Shown: positions 8,943 through 16,078 of the stretch, piece after piece
Layout: the number at the start of each line of letters is the position of its first letter
Position numbering within the stretch: the stretch's first letter is position 1
DNA from: Fibrobacter succinogenes subsp. succinogenes S85
GTDB taxonomy: Bacteria > Fibrobacterota > Fibrobacteria > Fibrobacterales > Fibrobacteraceae
NCBI RefSeq assembly: GCF_000146505.1
Contig: NC_017448.1
Location: 2,610,001 to 2,642,000 of the forward strand
Direction of reading: 5' to 3'
DNA length: 32,000 nt
Notes under the pieces: model-generated
Databases searched by the model: none
What the model saw: only the letters and a program-made list of their open reading frames with translations
What the model was told of the DNA's origin: nothing
Translations under genes and position numbers: made by a program

Positions 8943-10439
8943 ATGTTTGGTAAAATCTTCAAGAAGGCGCACTGCGCCTTGACGGTTGCCGCCTTGGCTG
9001 GCTTCGTGACCTTTTCTTTTGCAGACAACATTAATGTGAACGGCACGAACCGTACCATGAACGTGTATGCGCCGAGAAACATCGAAAAAAATCGCCCGCT
9101 TATTATCCAGATGCACGGTATGAATCAGGATGCCCCGTATCAGCAGAATGCCGCCAAGTGGGAGCCGATTGCCGATACCGCACGATTTGTGGTCGTGTTC
9201 CCGAACGGTCAAAACAGGGCCTGGGACATCGGTGGCGACAAGGACATCAATTTCCTCAAGGCGATTATCAACGAAATGTACAACAAGTACGGCATTGACA
9301 AAAATCGCGTGTATGTTTCGGGATTCTCGATGGGCGGCATGATGAGCTACCATGCGGCAAACAAGATGGGCGATATGATTGCTGCCATTGCCCCGGTTTC
9401 TGGTGGCGGTGGCGTGAACTCGCCCAAGCGCGCCATGCCGATTATGCATACCCACGGCACTTCCGATGACGTGGTGAATTACAACAGCACCGTGAATACC
9501 CTCAAGGGCTGGGTCTCTGCGCAAAAATGCTCTTCAAGTTCCAAGGTCACAAAGCCGTATCCATCAAGCAAGCCGGGTTCTGCCGCCTCTCTCGAAGTCT
9601 GGAGCGGCTGCAAGGATAACGTCGAAGTCCGCTTGCTCACCATTGCAGGCAAGGGCCACTGGTATTCCATGGACGAGGCGGTCAGTGTCAACACGAGCGT
9701 TGAAATCTGGAATTTTGTCAAGAATTATTCGCTGGACGGCTCTTCGCTTCCGCCGCCAATTCAGGTGCCGACCGACCGCGACAGCATTTTTAACGGTGGC
9801 TTCGATTCGACCGACGTGGCCTGGACTTTGCAGACTCACGGCAGTGCCGCTGCTACAGGTGACGTGAAAAATGGCAAGTATCAGCTTGACATTTCTGCCA
9901 TCGGCACGGAAAATTACCAGGTGCAGGTGATTCAGCATGACTTGCATCTCGAAAAAGGCCAGTGGTACGAAGTGAGTTTTGAAGCTAGCGCTGGCGCCTC
10001 TCGCACGCTCGAAGTGAACGTGGAACAGCACACGGATCCGTGGGCAAGTTACCTCACTGAAAAGAAGAATTTTGAAATCGGCAAGGAATCCAAGAAGTAT
10101 TCCTTCCAATTCCAGATGACTGCCGCAACGGATAAAGATTCTCGTTTAAGTTTCAATGCGGGCGCCTCTACAGGCACGCTTACGCTCGATAACGTCACGC
10201 TCAAGAAAATTGCGGAACCTGCTCCGGGAACGATTTCGCTCGCTCCTTCTCTCCGTCTCAAAACGACCGCTGGAGTGTACAATGTTTATAGCCTCACGGG
10301 CAAGCGCCTCGGATTTGTCGAAATCATCGAAAACGACGTGCCGAACATGCAAAAAACGATGAAAAATGCTGGCTTTGGCAAGGGCGTTTACATCTTGCGC
10401 AACAAAACACGCTCGTTCATGTTGCCTGTTGACCGTTAA
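8943..10439 (+). CDS. Secreted esterase of the PHB-depolymerase family (CE1-like) + CBM4_9/CBM22-like sugar-binding module + paralogous tail
   Basis: SD aaggag/agagg precedes the ATG at 8943 (MFGKIFKKAHCALTVAALAGF), which I prefer to 8871. The esterase core is LIIQMHGMNQD...VYVSGFSMGGMMSYHAA...HTHGTSDDVV. The CBM-like segment is FNGGFDS...WTLQTHG...YQVQVIQ...LDNVTLKK. The tail is GVYNVYSLTG...KGVYILRNKTRSFMLPVDR. Confidence 0.8.
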   Translation: MFGKIFKKAHCALTVAALAGFVTFSFADNINVNGTNRTMNVYAPRNIEKNRPLIIQMHGMNQDAPYQQNAAKWEPIADTARFVVVFPNGQNRAWDIGGDKDINFLKAIINEMYNKYGIDKNRVYVSGFSMGGMMSYHAANKMGDMIAAIAPVSGGGGVNSPKRAMPIMHTHGTSDDVVNYNSTVNTLKGWVSAQKCSSSSKVTKPYPSSKPGSAASLEVWSGCKDNVEVRLLTIAGKGHWYSMDEAVSVNTSVEIWNFVKNYSLDGSSLPPPIQVPTDRDSIFNGGFDSTDVAWTLQTHGSAAATGDVKNGKYQLDISAIGTENYQVQVIQHDLHLEKGQWYEVSFEASAGASRTLEVNVEQHTDPWASYLTEKKNFEIGKESKKYSFQFQMTAATDKDSRLSFNAGASTGTLTLDNVTLKKIAEPAPGTISLAPSLRLKTTAGVYNVYSLTGKRLGFVEIIENDVPNMQKTMKNAGFGKGVYILRNKTRSFMLPVDR

Positions 10440-10466
10440 AAGGCAAAAATTTTCGTTCTCTCTCCA

Positions 10467-10501
10467 AGAGCGGTTCCCCAAATGGGGCCGCTCTTTTTTT
10501 T
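10467..10501 (+). terminator. Rho-independent terminator after the esterase gene
   Basis: Hairpin agagcgg-ttcccc-aaat-gggg-ccgctct followed by T8. Confidence 0.8.
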
Positions 10502-10504
10502 GAA

Positions 10505-10972
10505 TTATAGAGAATTGACGACTAATTTCACATCCTCAATAAAATATTGTAGTGAAGAATATTTGAATACGGGCAACTTGCTAAAATTGCTGTTTTCTAG
10601 TGATGCTGCAAATTTTTTGAGGTATTCGGTGAAGTTGGTGACGATTGTCATCAAATTTTTGTTGAGTTCAACCCATTCCCTCTTGTCAATGGTGCATTGA
10701 CACTCAATGTCTAATTGTTGAACGACTACTGCCTTGGTAAAATCAATACCGGGCAATCCTTTCTTTTCGTCTGTGAGTCTGCCTGAAGTTTTGAAAGTGA
10801 ATGCGTATGGGTGTTTGATATTTGTTCGAAATGGGATGGCAAAAATTGTTCCATTACATTCGATTATGAAGGACAGGTAAGGTCTGCCCTCTTTGTTGGT
10901 GAGAATTTCCTTGTGGTCTTTATGTCGGTCAAAGAATGATTGCTTCAGAAATACGGTTTGTGCCAGTTTCAT
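10505..10972 (-). CDS. Candidate type III toxin-antitoxin toxin (ToxN/AbiQ-like endoribonuclease), 155 aa
   Basis: The call rests on architecture (see the next three features). SD GAGGG lies 4 nt before the ATG at 10972 (MKLAQTVF...). The ORF-track start at 11026 would run through the terminator hairpin, so I reject it. The size and a by-memory resemblance to ToxN fit: RPYLSFIIECNGTIFAIPFRTNIKH versus ToxN AFIGIVLEIQGHKYLAPLTSPK, and GIDFTKAVVV versus GLINLKFMIP. Family membership is not verified. Confidence 0.65.
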   Translation of the reverse strand: MKLAQTVFLKQSFFDRHKDHKEILTNKEGRPYLSFIIECNGTIFAIPFRTNIKHPYAFTFKTSGRLTDEKKGLPGIDFTKAVVVQQLDIECQCTIDKREWVELNKNLMTIVTNFTEYLKKFAASLENSNFSKLPVFKYSSLQYFIEDVKLVVNSL

Positions 10973-10980
10973 TTTTCCCT

Positions 10981-11022
10981 CAAAATAAAAAAGGCCGTAT
11001 TTCATATATAACGAAATACGGC
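10981..11022 (-). terminator. Intrinsic terminator between the repeat RNA and the toxin ORF. In ToxIN-type loci this is the element that sets the antitoxin:toxin ratio.
   Basis: The - strand reads GCCGTATTTC-gttatatat-GAAATACGGC (10-bp perfect stem), followed by CTTTTTTATTTTG. Confidence 0.8.
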
Positions 11023-11030
11023 TCATCTTA

Positions 11031-11132
11031 GACCTTTCTTTTTTATCTTAGGTGGACTGGTCTGCCACCCTGTCATTGGTTGACCTTTCTTTTTTATCTT
11101 AGGTGGATTGGTCTGCCACCCTGTCATCTATA
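11031..11132 (-). ncRNA. Candidate type III antitoxin RNA: two tandem direct repeats with a 51-nt period
   Basis: 11031-11076 and 11082-11127 are identical at 45 of 46 positions. The RNA-sense unit is AUGACAGGGUGGCAGACCA(G/A)UCCACCUAAGAUAAAAAAGAAAGGUC. It contains a GGUGG/CCACC hairpin and an A-rich tract. ToxN-family enzymes are known to cut in A-rich sites. Confidence 0.7.
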
Positions 11133-11135
11133 AAT

Positions 11136-11164
11136 AATATACAAAAAATTTGCGGGAAAGTCAA
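11136..11164 (-). promoter_or_regulatory. Sigma70-type promoter driving the repeat-toxin unit
   Basis: The - strand reads TTGACT-N17-TATATT. The -10 box ends about 8 nt before the first repeat. Confidence 0.65.
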
Positions 11165-11303
11165 TATGTCGGCATTGCTATCCATCTTCTTATCCATCGT
11201 GGATAAAATGTCAAAGGAACATGTGTAAATCCTTTAATTTTTTTGTTTTTTAGGGGGTATTTTTAGTTTGGGGATGATTAATACTTAGGATATAGGAGTG
11301 CTT

Positions 11304-13196
11304 ATGTTTGGTTTGAACAAGAAAAACGGTTGCAAGCTTGGAGTGTTAGCAACTTTGACTTTGGTGGGATTGGCATCGCAGGCTTTTGCTAGTGCCGACA
11401 CTTTGGTGCTTACGCCACCGCTGGGTTGGAACAGCTGGAACGTTTTCCACGAAAACATCAACGAAAAGCAGATTCAGGAAATTGCCGACGCGATGGTCGA
11501 ATCCGGTTTGAGAGACGCTGGCTATGTGTTCCTTAATCTGGACGATAACTGGATGGACACCAAGCGCGATGCCCAGGGCAACCTCCAGAACAACCCGAAG
11601 ACTTTCCCCAGTGGCATGAAGGCCATCGCTGATTACGTGCATAAGAAGGGCCTGAAGTTCGGCCTTTACGGCGACCGTGGCAAACGCACCTGCCACCATT
11701 ACAATAGCAACTGGCAAAGCGAAAGTGGTTCCAACGGCCACGAAGTTCAGGACGCCAAGAAGCTCGCTGAATGGGGCGTTGACTACTGGAAGTACGATAA
11801 CTGCGACTCGGATCCGAGAACGCAGGAAAAAGATTACACTGCAATGTCCAATGCTCTCCGCAATTCCGGACGCGACATCGTGTTCAGCATTTGCATGTGG
11901 GAATACAAGGACTGGATGCCGAAAATTGCTAACCTCTGGCGCACCACTTTCGACATTGGTCCCGAATGGATTTCGACTTCGTGGTACCGCGGCGTCTACG
12001 AAATTATCGATGCGAACAACAAGTATTGGCAGATTGCAAAGCCCGGTCACTGGAATGACCCGGACATGCTCGAAGTAGGTAACAGAGGCCTCTCTTACGA
12101 GGAACAGCGCTCCCAGATGACGATGTGGTCCATCATGGCTGCTCCCATCATGATCAGTTCCGATGTGCGCAACATGAGCAACGAGACTAAGGAACTCTAC
12201 CTGAACAAGGACATGATTGCCATTAACCAGGACTCCTTGGGCGTTCAGGGCCACCGCATTTCTGACAAGAATGGCAAGCAGGTTTGGACCAAGCCTTTGA
12301 AAAATGGCGATATCGCCGTGGCGCTTCTCAATAACAACAATTCTACCCAGACCGTCGAATGCAACTTTAAAGACATTGGCGTAGAAGGCGAAGTAGAAGT
12401 CCGCGATGCCTGGAAAAAGAAGGATTTGGGACCGGTCTCTAGTGTTTCTATTGAACTCCCGGCTCATGGTTCTGCACTGCTCCGCTTGGTTTTAAAGCCG
12501 GTTCCGCGCGAACCGTTCAAGGGCAAGCCTCTTGACATTCCGGGTAAGATCGAAGTGGAAGATTTCGATGTGAACGGCGTGGGTCAGGGCAACACCACTT
12601 ACAACGAAAGCGATACAGAAAACCACGGCGATTCCGATTACCGCCCGGGTACTGGCGTGGACCTTTACAAGAAGGCTACCGGTGTCATTGTTGGCTACAA
12701 CCAGGCAGGCGAATGGCTTGAATACACCGTGAACGTTGCCAAGACGGGTACTTACACAATGAGCGCTTCTGTGGCTTCTGCTAATAGCACCTCGAGCTTC
12801 AAGCTCTCCATGGATGGCAAGGACATTACCGAAGAAATCGCCGTGCCTGCAGCAACCGCCGGAGAAGACAACTATGACGAATACAATACAGTCGAAGCCA
12901 AGGTGAGCCTGACCGAAGGCGAACACATTCTCCGCTTTACGGTAACCGGTGACTGGATGGACATTGACTGGATTGAGTTTACCGATGGAACGGTGGGGCT
13001 GAATAAGGTTCGTCTCACGTCGTTTGAATCCGAGAATTCCTACAACGTGTTTAGCGCAACGGGTAAGCACCTCGGCCGCGTGGACTTGAATGGCGCTAGC
13101 ATGCCGCAGGCGCTCAAGAACGCTGGGTATGCACGTGGCACGTACATGGTGCGCTCTGTCAAGGGTAACCAAATCCAGCGTGTGAACGTTCGCTAA
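11304..13196 (+). CDS. Secreted GH27 alpha-galactosidase + CBM6 + paralogous tail
   Basis: SD aggag lies 5 nt before the ATG at 11304, which I prefer to the GTG at 11298. GH27 motifs are PPLGWNSWN, LDDNW, YWKYDNC, WRTTFDI and DMLEVGN. The CBM6 module is IPGKIEVEDFD...GEWLEYTV...MDIDWIEF. The tail is YNVFSATG...RGTYMVRSVKGNQIQRVNVR. Confidence 0.9.
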   Translation: MFGLNKKNGCKLGVLATLTLVGLASQAFASADTLVLTPPLGWNSWNVFHENINEKQIQEIADAMVESGLRDAGYVFLNLDDNWMDTKRDAQGNLQNNPKTFPSGMKAIADYVHKKGLKFGLYGDRGKRTCHHYNSNWQSESGSNGHEVQDAKKLAEWGVDYWKYDNCDSDPRTQEKDYTAMSNALRNSGRDIVFSICMWEYKDWMPKIANLWRTTFDIGPEWISTSWYRGVYEIIDANNKYWQIAKPGHWNDPDMLEVGNRGLSYEEQRSQMTMWSIMAAPIMISSDVRNMSNETKELYLNKDMIAINQDSLGVQGHRISDKNGKQVWTKPLKNGDIAVALLNNNNSTQTVECNFKDIGVEGEVEVRDAWKKKDLGPVSSVSIELPAHGSALLRLVLKPVPREPFKGKPLDIPGKIEVEDFDVNGVGQGNTTYNESDTENHGDSDYRPGTGVDLYKKATGVIVGYNQAGEWLEYTVNVAKTGTYTMSASVASANSTSSFKLSMDGKDITEEIAVPAATAGEDNYDEYNTVEAKVSLTEGEHILRFTVTGDWMDIDWIEFTDGTVGLNKVRLTSFESENSYNVFSATGKHLGRVDLNGASMPQALKNAGYARGTYMVRSVKGNQIQRVNVR

Positions 13197-13267
13197 ATAG
13201 CACTTTGCGTTGTCTCCCCGGCCTTTGTGCCGGGGCAGCATTGAGATTTCTCCTCACAAACACATTC

Positions 13268-13300
13268 AAAATGCCCCGCACTCCCGCGGGGCATTTTGTG
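13268..13300 (+). terminator. Probable intrinsic terminator after the GH27 gene
   Basis: 9-bp stem atgccccgc / gcggggcat with flanking aaa/ttt. An earlier GC hairpin ccccggc-ctttgt-gccgggg at ~13216-13235 has no T tract. Confidence 0.55.
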
Positions 13301-13459
13301 TAATTCCTAACTCTAAAAAAGAATATTCCACACTCCCATAGCTATGGATAAACAGTCCACAATATCTCGCCTTAAAACATGAAAAAAACGCATTTTCGAG
13401 AATAATTTTAAAGTGTTGTTAGGGCAAACTATGTTTGGTTTTTAAACGTGAGGTTAGGT

Positions 13460-16057
13460 ATGAGCTTCCAAAAAATTGGCCATCTTATCGCAGTCTCAGC
13501 ACTCTTCCTTGGTGCAACTGTTGCTACAGCCGCTGATCAGGCTACATTCTATGTCGCTCCCAATGGTAGCGATTCCAACAAGGGTACCGAAGAGGCCCCG
13601 TTCAAGACGATTACGCAGGCCCAAAAGGCTGTGCGCGCCATCAACGGCACCATGACGGGCGATATTTCGGTCATTCTCCGTGGCGGTACCTACCAGCTTT
13701 CGTCTACGGTCAATTTTACTGAGGCTGATGGCGGTAAGGATGGTTTCTACGTCCGCTATAAAGCCTATCCGAACGAAACTCCGCTTATTACGGGCGGTAT
13801 CCCGATGTCTGGCTGGACGATTCACGATGAAAAGAACAACATCTGGAAGGTCGAAGGTGTCGATGCCCGTTTCCGCCAAATGTACGTGAACGGCAAAAAG
13901 GCAATTCGCGCGCGTATGCCGAACTTGCTCGATAACGGCGACCATAACTTCTTCCGCTTGAACAAAGTGGACTCTGCCGGCAGCGCCTTCCTCGTCAACA
14001 ACAGCGATATTGGCGAAGCCAACTGGAAGAATTTGAACAAAGTTGAAATCCACTTGATGATTGCCTGGGCCGAAAGCATTTTGCGCCTTGAATCGGCTAC
14101 AAAGAATGGCAATGTCACAAAGCTTGAACCGCGCGACCCTGAAAGAACAAAGCTCTTTAAGCGCAAATACCCGATGCTTGGCACGGCTTTCATGAGCAAT
14201 CCGCCGAAGCAGCAGGTTTACTACCTTGAAAATGCTTACGAATTTATCGACCAGCCGGGCGAATGGTACTTGGACGAATCGACCGGTACGCTTTATTACA
14301 AGGCCCGCGCAGGCGAAAACATGGCGACCGCAAATGTTGTCGTTCCGCGCGTCAATACGCTATTCAGCATCCTCGGTAAGGATACTAAGAACAAAGTTGG
14401 TTACATGTCTTTTGAAGGCATAACCTTTGCAAACTCCAATTTCTTGCGTCCGAGCGAAGAAGGCTTCCTGGATTTGCAGGCAAGTATGTTCAACATTGAC
14501 GTGCTCCCGGAAAATGGCCGCCTCGGCAGCAATAAGTTCCTCCTCTGGCGTCCGGATGCTGGTTTCCGCGTCGAAAATGCGCACCATTTCAAAATCAAGA
14601 ATTGCACGTTCACGCAGATGGCTGCAACTGGTCTTGACTTTGTCTCTGGTACAAATGATGACGTGATTGAAGGCAACGTATTCTATGAAATCGGCGGCTG
14701 CGGCATTATGCTCGGCAAGTTCTCTCAAGACTCCACGACCGAAATTCACATCCCGTACAATCCGAAGGACAAGGACGAAATCAGTACCCGCGATACAATC
14801 CGTTACAACCTCGTGACAAACGTGACGAATGAACATCAGGGCGCTGTGGGCATTGCCGCCGGGTATCCGCGTTATGTCGTCATCGAAAATAACGAAGTGT
14901 CCTATACAAACTATTCCGGTATCTCTGTAGGTTATGGCTGGACCAAGAGCGAAACAGCCATGACGAACAACAAAATTAATAAGAACAACATCCACCACAT
15001 TGCCCGTTTGCTTTGCGACTCCGGTCCGATTTATACATTGAGCAACCAGGGCACGGGTAGCGAAATCAAGGAAAACTACATCCATGATATGTCCCAGTCC
15101 AAGTGGTCGGATTACTGGATTTTGCCGATTTATCTTGACGAAGGCTCTAGTGGCTTTGCTGTTGAAAACAACTCTTACAAGAACGCTCCGAGCGGCGTTG
15201 GCCGTAACGCTCCGGGTCAGTTTACCGAAAAGAACAACAATGGCTACATCGCTTCTGTTGCCGAAGCAGCAGGCCTCCAGGGCGAATTCAAAAACATCGG
15301 GGATCGCATCAACACTATCCCGCTTCCGGATTTCTCCAACGTGGTTCCGCAGGCTCCGTTTGTCGAAAACATGACAATCCCGGGTACCATCGAAATGGAA
15401 AACTACGATGAAGGTGGCCAGAGCATTTCTTTCAACGATAAGGACTTTGTGAACGAAGGCGGCGTCTACCGCGAAGATGGCGTGGACATCACTCAGATTG
15501 ATTCTACCGACAAGACTAAGGGCTACGCTGTGGGTTACACGCAAGCTGGTGAATGGATGGAATACACCGTGAATGTCACAGCTGGTGAATACGTGTTCCT
15601 TGCAAACGTGGCTTCTGGTCTCGAAGGCTCTAGCTTCCAGCTCTTCATGGATGGCAAGGCGATTAGCGATACGATTGTTGCCCCGAAGGGCGAAGACTGG
15701 AATACTTATGGCACTGTCGAAGGCAAGACGACCGCTCTTGAAGCTGGTGAACATGTGCTTCGCGTGGCCATCACGGGTGCTTACCTGAACATTGACTGGA
15801 TCAAGTTTGGTAAGTCCGCAGATGAAATCATCTCCATCAAGCCGAGCGTCCGTTACGGTTTGAACATGGATATCTCCCGCAGCTCTACGCTGAACGTGTT
15901 TGATATCCGTGGCCAGCACATGGGCGTCATCCGCGTGATGGGCATGCCGACAACGAGCTCTGTAATGCAGGCTATGCATGCAAAGAACTTCAAGTCTGGT
16001 GTCTACTTTGTCCAGAGCGTGAACAAGGCATTTGGCAAAATGATTCAGGTGAAGTAG
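13460..16057 (+). CDS. Secreted right-handed parallel beta-helix (pectin-lyase fold) carbohydrate-active enzyme of undetermined family + CBM6 + paralogous tail
   Basis: The ATG at 13460 follows aggttagg (MSFQKIGHLIAVSALFLGATVATA signal). The beta-helix entry motif is FYVAPNGSDSNKGTEEAPFKTI...ILRGGTYQL. Repeated coils include NCTFTQMAATGLDF, VIEGNVFYEIGGCGIMLG, VIENNEVSYTNYSGISVGYGW and INKNNIHHI. The CBM6 module is IPGTIEMENYD...GEWMEYTV...LNIDWIKF. The tail is LNVFDIRG...SGVYFVQSVNKAFGKMIQVK. Confidence 0.75.
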   Translation: MSFQKIGHLIAVSALFLGATVATAADQATFYVAPNGSDSNKGTEEAPFKTITQAQKAVRAINGTMTGDISVILRGGTYQLSSTVNFTEADGGKDGFYVRYKAYPNETPLITGGIPMSGWTIHDEKNNIWKVEGVDARFRQMYVNGKKAIRARMPNLLDNGDHNFFRLNKVDSAGSAFLVNNSDIGEANWKNLNKVEIHLMIAWAESILRLESATKNGNVTKLEPRDPERTKLFKRKYPMLGTAFMSNPPKQQVYYLENAYEFIDQPGEWYLDESTGTLYYKARAGENMATANVVVPRVNTLFSILGKDTKNKVGYMSFEGITFANSNFLRPSEEGFLDLQASMFNIDVLPENGRLGSNKFLLWRPDAGFRVENAHHFKIKNCTFTQMAATGLDFVSGTNDDVIEGNVFYEIGGCGIMLGKFSQDSTTEIHIPYNPKDKDEISTRDTIRYNLVTNVTNEHQGAVGIAAGYPRYVVIENNEVSYTNYSGISVGYGWTKSETAMTNNKINKNNIHHIARLLCDSGPIYTLSNQGTGSEIKENYIHDMSQSKWSDYWILPIYLDEGSSGFAVENNSYKNAPSGVGRNAPGQFTEKNNNGYIASVAEAAGLQGEFKNIGDRINTIPLPDFSNVVPQAPFVENMTIPGTIEMENYDEGGQSISFNDKDFVNEGGVYREDGVDITQIDSTDKTKGYAVGYTQAGEWMEYTVNVTAGEYVFLANVASGLEGSSFQLFMDGKAISDTIVAPKGEDWNTYGTVEGKTTALEAGEHVLRVAITGAYLNIDWIKFGKSADEIISIKPSVRYGLNMDISRSSTLNVFDIRGQHMGVIRVMGMPTTSSVMQAMHAKNFKSGVYFVQSVNKAFGKMIQVK

Positions 16058-16078
16058 TTTAGGGAAATGGGGTGCAAC

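Noticed and set aside
10973-11026. The N-terminal 18 codons of the ORF-track version of the ToxN-like ORF (start at 11026)
   Set aside because: This extension would be translated through the 10-bp terminator hairpin and T tract, and it has no SD. The internal ATG at 10972 has GAGGG at ideal spacing.
2065-13241. Other long ORFs opposite or overlapping the enzyme genes: 2065-3435(-), 4147-4887(+), 6039-7529(-), 8820-9524(-), 9564-10109(-), 11346-12467(-), 12492-13241(-), plus many 60-130-aa ORFs
   Set aside because: Each is fully contained in a gene with clear family motifs on the other strand or frame. Their translations are compositionally aberrant and have no recognisable domains.
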